Made by a program: the position numbers and the translations under genes | Assembly: GCA_963575745.1 (NCBI GenBank) | Contig: CAUYUJ010000299.1 | Span: 1-64,000 of the forward strand | Source: Prorocentrum cordatum | Taxonomy: Eukaryota | Direction of reading: 5' to 3' | DNA: 64,000 nt | Notes under the pieces: generated by a model | The model's input: the letters and a program-made list of their open reading frames with translations, nothing else | Databases searched by the model: none | Told to the model about the DNA's origin: nothing | In this document: piece by piece, positions 44,643 to 55,319 of the stretch | Numbering within the stretch: the first letter of the stretch is position 1 | Layout of the letters: the number at the start of each line of letters is the position of its first letter

Positions 44643-47600
44643 TCAGAGCTCACGCTGCCCCAGCTCCCGCGGCCGGTTTGCTGCCCGACGCCGACCCCTT
44701 TCTTCCCTCGTCCTCAGAAGTGGTGGAGTGGGAGTTTGGATGAGGAGGCAGGGGAAGAGAGGAAAGAGGAGGAGGACGACGAGGAGGATAAAGGGAAGAA
44801 GGGCCCCAGCCTGGCGCTTCTTCACGTTGAGAATGGCCTTCGCGTACTGGTTCTTCTTCTCCCAGAGCTCCAGCATCTGCGTCGCTTTCCCCTCGAGCAC
44901 CTTGCACTGGGTCTCGTGGGCCTTGTTCTGCGAGACCAACCCGAAGGACTGCGTGTAGACCGACTCCAAGGCGTTGCCGATCTTCTCGAGCTGGTCCGCC
45001 AGCTGATCGTTCACGTTCAGGAGCCGCACCGTGATCGTCTGCTTGCGGCGCGTCCCGACGGCGGTGGAGACCTTGCCCATGAGCGCCTTCGCCTCCTTCA
45101 CCTTGTCGGTCGGGCTCATCGGGGTGCCACCCTTGCCGCCAGTGCATCCGGCACCATCGCCACCCGCTTCTCCCGCGCCACCCGCGGCGCCGCCCGCGCC
45201 TCCTGCGCCAGCAGCCGGCTGGCCCGCCGCGTCGGCGTGGCCGCCCGCGCCGGACGCGTCGGCCTTGCCGTTCTGGACCTTGCCTTTCTTCCCTTTGCCC
45301 TTGCCCTTCTGCGACTTGCCCTTGCCCTTCTGGCTCTGGCCCTTGCCCTTGGACCAGTCCCACCAGGCGCCGTCCTCGTATTCATCGTCGTCGACGTCCA
45401 TGTCCGCAATGTCAGCGAAATCCGAGAAGCCGTGCATGCCGCCGAAGGTGCCCGTGCTGCCCAGGCTCCCGGATATGGCCGCTGCCTCGTCGCGATCCTC
45501 AATCGCGATCACTTGCTCGAGCTCCACCTCCTCGGAGAGCTCGCGGTGGAATACGATGGCCTCCTCGTCCAATATCCAGTACTTCACTTTCTCGTCATCT
45601 TCGGGGACGAGGGGGTCCCTGGTGACCCTCTTCTTCTTCTTGCAGTCGGCCATCACCTTGAGGACGTACGCCTCGTCGTTGTGGAACTTATTCATCAGAT
45701 CCTGTTTCGTCATCTTCAGATACTTCCTGGATGCGTCCTGGAGGTTCCTGAGCTTCTTCCTGATCACTAGCTCGAGCATCTCCAGGTTCTCACCCTGCTG
45801 GAACAAGTCCTTGAACAGGTCTGCTTTTTTCCCAGCGTCCTTGAAACGGGCCACGAGGTCTGGGTGTTTGGCTTGATTCTTGGGATTCTTCATCGCACGG
45901 CAGAAGCGCATGTCCGCATCCCTCTGCAAGGGGGGCCTCCAGGACTTGGACTCAACACAGCCCTGAAGATGACGAACCCCAGGGCCGACGACGTCCAAGA
46001 AAACTGCAACTTGAGGCTGCCCCCCACGAGCTCAGAACATTAAGGGGGGCAAGCTCGGGATGTCGGAGGGCCGCCAGGCCAGCCAGATAGGCAGAGCGGT
46101 GCGTGTTGGAGTTGAGGTCGATGGGCACATCTTGTTGGTCGTGGCCGTTGATGCTCTCGGCGCACTTCCCGCTGCCAGCGCCGCCACTCCCCCCGGAAAC
46201 GTCGGTCATCGATGGCGACGCCAGCGTTGCGGCTACATCCGCTGCTATTGGCGCATGCTCGTTCCTATCCACCTGCTGCCCCTTCGCGAGTTTCGCCTCC
46301 GGCTGCTGCCTGAGCGCCTCCGCCTGCGCGTCGAACTCCGCGAGTGTCCTCGCTCTGTTCGCAGCCTCCGCTGCATCCTTGGAGGCCTGCATCAGAGATG
46401 TCGCCGCCTGCTCCCGCCCTGCTGCCGCCTCAGCCTTCTGCGCAGCCGCTGCCTCCTCAGCCGTCTGCGCAGCCGCTGCCTCCTCAGCCGTCTGCACAGC
46501 TGTTGCTTCCTCAGCCTTCTGCGCAGCCGCTGCCTCCTCAAGCTTCTGCGCAGCCGCAGCCTCCTCAGCCGTCTGCGTTGCCGTTGCCTCCTCAGCCGTC
46601 TGCGCAGCCGCTGCCTTGTCAGCATTCTGCGCAGCCGCTGCCTCCTCAGCCGTCTGCGTTGCCGCTTGTGCTTCGCACAGGCCGGTTGCCGCTGCCGCGG
46701 CTGCCGCTGTCGCGGCGTCCATTGATGCTATATCAGCCACTGCAGGCCCAGCTGCATCACCTGCCGTGGCGGCTGCCAGCTGCACCGCGTCCGTCACCGC
46801 CTCGACCTCCTTCGTGCCCAGGCGCCTCGCGACGCGACGCGGCCCCTCCCCATCCACCGCAGCGGCGAGCGCCTCATCCGCCGAAGCGGGCACCTCCTCC
46901 ACCTCGGCGGGCACGCCCCCCCCCGCAGCGGCGGCTCGGGCCACGCAGCCCGCGCCCGGGACGTGCCGCCTCGGAAACAGCTGATCGATCGGAATGCCGC
47001 GATTGATGGTGGGCGCGAAGACGCTCGCTGGAGGGACGTAGACGGCCCCCTCGCACGAGCCGACCGCCGCGACGGGCGCCTCATCCGCAGCGGCGGGCGC
47101 GCCCTCTGCGGCGCACGCCTCCTCGAGGGGGCGTGCCCCCGCGCCGTCCAGCATGCCCGCAGCCGCCGCCTGCTGATCAAAGACCTCGGCCTCCGCCCCC
47201 AGCGCGGCCATGGCGCCCCAGGCCGAGGGGTCGACCGCAGCTTCGGCAGGGGCATTGCCAGAGCCCGCCGCGCCCTCGCCGCTCATGATCGCGTCGACCT
47301 CCGCGCTGACATCGCTGCTCATGCCGAGGTTCGCCGCCACGTCGTGCTCCGGGACTCCAGCCTCCATGACGTCGGCGACGGCTTCCACCTGGCCGTCACT
47401 CGCGAACTCCTCTGGGGCGGAGCGGCGGCGGGGGGGGAGGGGGCGGAAGCAGGAGAAACAGGGGAAGCATTTCTTCCACGTCCTCCTCCTCCTTCTCCTC
47501 CTCCATATTCATCCCCTCGTCTCCCTCGTCATTCTCAGTATGCTTCTCGGTGTCCTTATCATCCCTCCTCGGCGTTGGGCGCTCTGCGATTACTTGGGCG

Positions 47601-47835
47601 CCCCGGGCCTCAGGCGGTTTGCGTGCAGATTGTGGGGATGTCTCAGCACTCTCTTTCGACGGGTCATGTTTGCCGCGATTTGGGCGCCCCCAGGGGGGGC
47701 CACCAGGGGTGGGGGCACTCCAGGATTCGCGCCCAGATTGAGGGGATGTTTCAGGCGGTTTGCACGGCGGCTTGGCCACGCTCAGACGCGCCCACACCCA
47801 GACTCAGAGCCATGCTCCGATTCGCCCAAACACTG

Positions 47836-47867
<32 letters not shown>

Positions 47868-49798
47868 GCACTCAGACCCACTCAGACTTCGGCTCGCTCG
47901 CGCTCAGCATGCCTCACACTCAGACTCGCTCGCGCTCAGGCTGTGCCAGGACAATGAGATGCACGTGTGGGGCTCTCTGCGTCGCGTCATTATCCCTGCG
48001 CGGGTCCTGGCGCATGGCGTTTAAAGCGGCTCGCGACACCTCGCCGCCGACGAGGTTCATCAGGTTCGGATCGTTCAGCATGGCGTCGATCATGGCGGCG
48101 GGCTCGAGCCCGAAGGTGCGGCTGAATGTCTGAATGCCCGCCCGGACGTCGGCGTCGGATACCTTCGCAGGGCTCGGCTCATTCGGGGATGAGGGAAGGA
48201 GGCTGAGAGAGGAGGAGAAGGAGGAGGAGGAGGAGGAGGAGGAGGAGGAGGAGGAGGAGGAGCAGGGGGAGGAGGTGGAGGAGGAGGAGGAGGAGGGGAG
48301 GAGGAGGAGGAGGAGGGCAGGAGGAGGAGGAGGAGGAGGAGGGAGGAGGAGGAGAAGGAGGAGCTCACAAGGATGAAACATGCGCTACCAGGATTAAAGA
48401 CCTGACCAGGAGCAGACCCGTGAGAGACGCATAGCTCCTGCGGAGCGCAGGATCGGACCTGGCGTGGCGGAGTGCTCGGGAGGAGGAGGAGGAGGAGGAA
48501 GGAGGAGGAGGAGGAGGGAGGAGGAGGAGGAGGAGGGCGAGGAGGAGGGGGAGGGATGGGGGGGGGGATGGGGGAATAAGGGGGGTAAGGAGGATGGTGG
48601 GGTGGAGGGATATGAGGGAAGGGGTCGAGGAGGGGGGGAGGAGACGGATGTGGCGCGAAGGGGCGCGCTCGAGGAGAGTTGAGGTGGCTAGTGAATGGGG
48701 GAGATGGGAGAGGGGAGGACGGAGGGGGGGGGGAGGAGGAGGGAGGATGGAGGAGGGGAGAGGAGGAGGAAGGGGAGGAGGAGGAGGAGAGGCAGCAGGT
48801 AGGAGGGGGAAGGAGGAGGCGGAGAGGCGGAGTGGAGGGAGGAGGAGGAGGAGGAGGAGGAGGAGGAGGTTAATTTGCATGCATAATACGAGGATGAGGG
48901 GGATGGGGGGAGGAGGGGAAGGGGGAGGAGGAGGAGGAGGAGGGAGGGGGGAGGAGGAGGAGGAGGGAGGGAAAGGGGGAGAAGGAAAGGAGGAGAAGGA
49001 AAGGAGAGGACTCAAGCCCAGGTCGCCCCAGAGACAGACGTGGCATCGCTCCAGTCGTCCAGGTCATCGTCGACCGCGGGGGACCCACTCGCAGTCCTGG
49101 GGAGCTTGGGCGGCGGCGTCACGGCGAACGCGGCCATGCGCTTCTTCTCGAGGGCCTCGTTCGTTCGATCAGACCGCATCAGCATGTATGTTTCGATCTC
49201 GTCTGGCACTTGATCAGAGTGAGGCGGCCAGGCCGTCATTCACTGCACCGCGACCCACCCGCGACCCACCCGCGACCCACCTGCGACGCACCCCGCGACC
49301 CACCCGCGACCCACCCGCGACCCACCCGCGACACACCCCGCGACCCACCCGCGACCCACCCCGCGACACACCCGCGACCCACCTCGCGACCCAACCCGCG
49401 ACCCACCCGCGACCCAACCGCGACCCACCCGCGACCCACCCGCGACCCACCCGCGACCCACCCGAGACCCGCCCCGCGACCCGCCCCGCGACCCACCCCG
49501 CGCCCGCCCCATCATTACTATCAGCATTTGCGGGGTGTTACGTTTGGTGCCCATTTCGTCCCCATGACCTCGCATTGCTGCCACGCCTGGTACGCGTCGA
49601 CGAACTCGCGCCGTGCGCGTTTGCGTTCATACGCATCATACCGTGTAAACGCCATGCCCATCGTGTGTTTATCCGTGGTGACCACCTTGGGCCGCGGGAC
49701 CTCGATGGGAGCCGAATGTAACGATGTTGGCAGCGATCGTATCTACCATGTCGGTTCACCCCATAGCTCCAGATATAACTGCACAGCCCTCCTCTTTA

Positions 49799-49848
<50 letters not shown>

Positions 49849-50468
49849 TCTCTCTCGATCTCGTCATATATATATACCGTTTCCTCCCCCCGTCTCCGAG
49901 CATCAATATCTCGTCGATTATCCCTGCACACGCACCCCTCCACCCACCATCGGGGCTCCGACCCCGGAGAGCATGCATTAAGCCCGCGGCCGCCGCTGCA
50001 GAGCTTGCAGTCGATAAAGGCATCGCAGGCGCCCTGCCTGCCCTGGCGGGCGCAGCGGCGGGCACCGAGCTCGCCCACGAGTGGGGCTGGCCGGGGGCAG
50101 CGGCGGGCGCCGCGCTCACCCGCGCGGGGGGGCAGGGCGGGCGCCGGCTTGGACGCCGCACTCGCCTGGGCGGGGGGCATCGCCTGGGCGGGGGGCCTCG
50201 GGCGCGCGGGCATCACCTGCGCAGGGGGCGTCGCCTGCGCGGGGGGCCCAGCGGGCATCGCCTGCGCTGGGGGCCTCATCTGCGCGGTGGGCGCGGCGGC
50301 GGGCAGCTTGCCACGACCTGTGGCTCTGGAGCTGGGCGCGCCAAGCGCGTGCGCCGCCATCAGCGCCCCCTTGGACGTCAGGCCTTTGGGGCCACCCTTG
50401 GCGACCAACATGCCACCGCCCGTGGGGGCGCCCGTCCCTTTGCCTGCAAGGGGATCCATGGGCCGCAT
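44643..50468 (-). CDS. Unknown multi-exon cargo gene(s): Ala/Glu-rich repeats, a globular helical domain, GK-rich linker and coiled-coil C-terminus
   Basis: Long open exons 44643-45998 (MRFCRAMKNPK...LFKDLFQQG...MTKQDLMNKF...RDPLVPEDDEKVKYWILD) and 45952-47388, plus likely upstream exons at about 48000-48165, 49015-49240, 49550-49730 and 49990-50468. Whether this is one gene or two is unresolved. Confidence 0.65.
46420..46665 (-). repeat. Coding 27-bp tandem repeat (AQTAEEAAA-like, about 9 copies)
   Basis: In frame within ORF 45952-47388. Confidence 0.9.
49248..49500 (+). repeat. 11-bp minisatellite (CCCGCGACCCA)n
   Basis: Directly visible; an inverted array lies at 51666-51810. Confidence 0.92.
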
Positions 50469-51665
50469 CGGAGCGAGGGCCTCGGGGGCGTCAGCGTCAG
50501 AGCGAGGGCCTCGGGATAGCGCTCAATCACATCTCTTGCAGCCGCAAATGGCTAGGGGCATAGAGCTAAGCGATGTCAGCGTTTTTCAGCGTGGGCCCCA
50601 ACCAGTGTGTTCTAGTATGTAAATACCGATTTTATATACGGATGTCACAGACTCACGGATAGTATACTTCTAGGCTCCTTAATTTTTAATCTGGATTCAG
50701 GCGACTAATTATTAGCTTTAATATATATATGCGATACAGGCGCAGTGATGATTTATCTTGACTGTTGCGATTTTTTCAGCGTGGGCCCCAACCAGTGTGT
50801 TCTAGTATGCTATGTGTGGTGCAACATGAGGTACAACCCTACGCGCAAGCGATGTTTGGGGCATACAATGATGAATAACAGTTGCGCACCGAGAGCGATG
50901 GCCACATCAGACACGCAACTATGGCAAGCAGACTTACATAACTTCAACACGTTTGAGCTTCACAAGTTTGGCCCGTGAAGCGTGACGATTCACGTGAAGT
51001 ACCGGGTATTTCACGTGAACTTCACGCGTGAAGCGGTTCACGGTCGTTAGCGGGTAGTGCTTGAAAACATCTTTCGGCATCTTGGAACCATACTGGGGGC
51101 ATCTTGGGAACTTATTGTGGCAAATTGGGGCACCCTGGGAACATTATTGGGCATGTTGAGGCCGATGATATTGCCTGGGAACATCATTGGGCATCCTGCA
51201 GCCTCCTGGGAACATCTTGGGGCATCTTCGGGGCGTCCTGGGAACCTCTGGGGGTAGCCTGGGAGCTCCCAGGGGCACCCCCCCCCAATCTGAAAGACAG
51301 ACGAGTTACACGGAACGTGCCCGACGACGACGACGACGACGACGACGCAGGAAGCAACGCCACAACGGCAGCTGCGCTGACGACGACGACGACGACGACG
51401 GCACAGGCACGGAAAGGCTTCGCTCCATCCGACGGGGAGCCCGAGAAAAAGGACGAGGAGGAGGAGGAGAAGGATGAGGATGTGGAGGGGCAGAGGACGG
51501 GGGGGGGGGGATTGGGAGGAGGGCATGAGGGGGGCGAATGGCACGGTCCAGCTATTCAGATCGCTCGCTACATGGCGCAGCCACACAGTTGCTACTCATT
51601 TCCTCACATCGGCCCTCGTCGTCCCACGCTTGCGTAGCACCCCGCAATTGCGCAAAAGAGTGAAA

Positions 51666-51810
51666 TGGCGGGTCGCGGGGTGGGGCGCGGGGTGTGTCGC
51701 GGGTGGGGCGCGGGTGGGTCACGGGTGGGTCGCGGGCGGGTCGCGGGTGGGTCGCGGGGTGTGTCGCGGGGCTGGTCGCGGGCTGGTCGCGGGCGGGTCG
51801 CGGGTGGGAC
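51666..51810 (-). repeat. Inverted copy of the 11-bp minisatellite, (TGGGTCGCGGG)n
   Basis: Directly visible. Confidence 0.9.
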
Positions 51811-52109
51811 GACGACGACAATAACGACAAACCCAGGGACAGTGAATGACCGTTCGCCCCCCTCATTCTGATCTCATCTACAATTTCAATTCTCGCTGCG
51901 CGTGCTCCCGCAGCTGAGCCAGTAGGCGGCCGGCGCGAAAGAGGGTGGAGAGAGATAAGGGGGACAGAGGGAGTGCGAAGTGGTGGGATGATGGGGATAT
52001 GTGCAAGCTGAGACTGCATCGGCATAGGGATGATGATAGTAACGGTGATGATGCTGATGACGATGGTGGTGCCGATGTTGCTGATGATGTTGGCGTTCAC
52101 TCCACTCCG

Positions 52110-53232
52110 TCATGCGATCGCAGCCATGCATCGCAACACAGCGATCGCGTTGCAGAGGTCTGCGTCATCAAACAGAGGGCCACAGTCCATTGCCAGCACA
52201 CGGTCACAGTTTACATTTCCATCGCCAGGGATATGTGCAGCGCCAGGGTGCATCCTCCAGTTCTCGCGATATACCGCGGCGACGCCGTGGCCGAACGCCA
52301 TCGGATACGATTGCGTACTCTTGAGGCCTGGGCCGCCATCTACACAGCGGCGCCCATCACTGCGCACATAAGTAATCACGATATCACCGGTGCTTTCTGG
52401 AAGCCAGCTCTGGGTGCGGCACCACCACAACATGTTTTGAAACCAAGGAACTGTACTGTATACATAGATTGGCTTGGCGGTAGCAGCACCGAAGTATTCC
52501 AAGCACTCCCGCACTTGGTAAATAGGAACGCGCGTGAGGAGCTCTTGGAACTTACAATACCTCTCCATCAAAGAGTCGGTGGGTTGCTCGAGCGCCACAA
52601 CCACTCCGCGCGCATGCAGGATCCGCGTCCACGCGAACGTGGCTACCAGGCACGCTATGGGTCAGGATGGTTCGTTGCATGCTATCACGACCAGGGCCAC
52701 GCGATTGGGGCGTTTTGGACCATGGGGCACATGGGATTTCCTGGAGCTGGGTCGAGGCGTCAGCCGTGGCCATCCAGATTAGGAGCACGCATCGGGACAC
52801 CATCTTATTCCCATAAGTTACAGACGCACTTGGCAGAAGGCCGCCCGGATGGGCAAGTGATCGGTGCGTGGGCCCAGTTGCCACCCATGCCCAGCCGGAG
52901 CAAAGCGGGGCGAACCAGCAAAAGCCGCGGGCACGAATGCGCAAACATAGTACCAAGGCGAACAGGAACCCAACATCGCTATTGATATCTTGAGACGCCC
53001 CGTTGTCGATGTCGAAGGTGGTTCCCACGAACCCGTTGGACAAGAAGCCATTCGCGATGGCTCCCACTCCAGCGAAGACCTCGAGAAAGTCGAGGTCGGT
53101 GTAGCACCGCCCCGCGAGACCAGAACTGTACGCGAGGATGACCAGCTGACAGGCAACAATGGGGGCACCGAGCGCCATCAGGCGCGACACTAGGAGAGCT
53201 AAATCGTGCGCGTCCTCAGCTGAGAGTGGCAT
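52110..53232 (-). CDS. C5 cytosine DNA methyltransferase (copy 2), two exons
   Basis: Motif I FLEVFAGVG; II TFDID; III QDINSDVGF; IV FAPLCSGW; GNKMVSR; VI LEQPTDS; VIII FGAATAKP; X LKSTQSYPMAFG. An intron at about 52774-52624 joins LLIW-ILHARGVVVALEQP. Confidence 0.88.
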
Positions 53233-53269
53233 GGCTGCTCGCTTGGACCGCATCCAACGCCTACGGTGG

Positions 53270-53660
53270 GCCGAGACCTTACCCTGTGGGACCGTTATGC
53301 TTACCCTATGGGGCCGTGCCCTATAGGACTTTTTGCTAGGGGGCCTTACCCTATGGGACCATATCATATGGTACAGTATGCTTACCCTATGGGACCTTAA
53401 TCTGTGGGACCTTATCCTATGTGACCCTATGCCTACCCTATGGGATCTTACCCTATGGGAGCTTATGCTTGCACTTCAAGGCCCTCACCCTGTGGGGCAT
53501 GTGGGACCTTGCCCTGTGGGGCCTCACTTATCCTATGGGGTCCTATGGGGTCCTATGGGTACCCTATGGGGCCCTATGGGCCCCTATGGGAATTTATGCG
53601 TACCCTGTGGGGTCCTATGGGTGGCGTTCCAGGTCGCGATGGGACCTGATGCTTGCACTG
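53270..53660. repeat. Degenerate about 15-bp repeat (ccttaccctatggga)n immediately upstream of the methyltransferase
   Basis: Directly visible. Confidence 0.85.
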
Positions 53661-55319
53661 CAGGGGCGAGACCAGCGGACCTAAGCAACCCCTGCGAGAT
53701 TAGACCTACCTCGCGAGAGTCCGTAAGCGAAATAAGTATCCCATGCTCGTCCTTCACCACCCACGTCCCCTTCCGTTTCCTCCTTATCCCGATCCCCCAT
53801 CGCTATCCCGCCCCCCCGCTCTGCCCCCTCATCCCGCTCCTCCCTCCTCATCCTGCTCCCCCCTACTTATCCCGCCCCCCCCCCTCCCCATCCTTCTCCT
53901 CCTCATCCCGCTATCCTCCTTATCCCGCCCCCCCTCTTGCAGACCCCCCGGCAGCCGCGGATGGTCCTCGTCGCTGTCTCTTGGGGCCCCGCGCCACGGG
54001 CACCAGCGCAGCGTCACCTGCGCGCGGCGGCGGGGGGCAGCGGGGGCGGGGGCAGGGGGGGGGGGGGGAGGGCGAGGGCTGAGGCCCCGACACTTCCCTC
54101 GGGACAAAATCTTCACCCGAATCGTTTTAGAGGGCCCCAGGGCTTTTTGATTGCCCCCCCGGGCCCGCGATCCCAGGGCCCGACAACGCCCCGACAAAGC
54201 GCCCCGAGGCTGCTAACTTCGCGCTTCGCGCCGCGCGAAGCGCGAACAACTTCGCGCCCTCGCGCCGCCCCCACAGGGGGGGATATGAGGGCGAGGATGA
54301 GGGGGAAATAAAGGAGGCCCGCGAAACGCGAAGGGCGAATAACTTCGCGCACTCGCGGGAGCCCTCGACACCATATGGAGGGGGCAGTGGAGAGGGCAGC
54401 GCAGGGCAGTGGAGAGGGCAGTGGAGCGGAGCGGCCCTTTTCATTCTCTCTCCTTCTCTTCCTCCTATTCCTCATTCTCCTTCTTATCCATGCCGCCCTC
54501 GCTCCCCCTGCTCGCCCCCCCCTTGGCCCTATCTCTATCCCTATCATTGCCATTATCCTTATCGCGTCCCTATCCGTATCCCCATCCTTATCGAGCGCTT
54601 TCTGCGCGTGCGCGCGCGGCCGCCCTGATCTGGGCCGGGGCGCCTCTCTCGCGCTCGGGCGGCGCGGCCAAGGCTTGCTCTCGGCGCGGCGGCGGCCGCG
54701 GCGAGGAAGAGGGGGATTGGCGAAAGAGGAGGATGGAGGAGGACGGAAGTGGAAGGCGAGGAGGAAGAGGGGGAAAGAAAAGGGCGAGGAGGGGGGGCGG
54801 TGGATTCAAAGAACAGTGGAGCGCGAGCATGGGCGAGGGAAGGTCCGGGAACGGGGGGCCCATAGGCCCTTGTGGCGGTCGGCGCCCCCGCCCCGGCCCG
54901 GCGGGGCCTGGCGCGCCTGCGCGCGACAGCGCGCCACCAACTGCGAAAAGGGAAAAGGGAAAAAGGGGGGAGGGGAGGTAAAGGAAACAACCCTAGCACT
55001 TGCGCGGCAGCAGTGCGCCGCCTTGCCGCGGCTTGCCCTGCGGCAACAAGGGCGCTCAGCGCCGCCCAACGTGAAAACAAACACAAAACACAAGCTCGGG
55101 GCCAGCACAGCCAAAGGAGATCTTCGCGCCTCGCGCTTCGCAGGAATGTTTCATCTGAGCGGTCATCATCGCGCTCTCACTATGTGCGTCTAGAGTGGCG
55201 CGGGGCTGCCATGCACATGCATGTGATATCAGATGATATCAGGTCCCCCGGCACGCCCACTTCAGCGCCGAACAGACCGCCGCGCCCCGTCGCGGCAGAT
55301 CTACTCGTCACCAGAGCCA

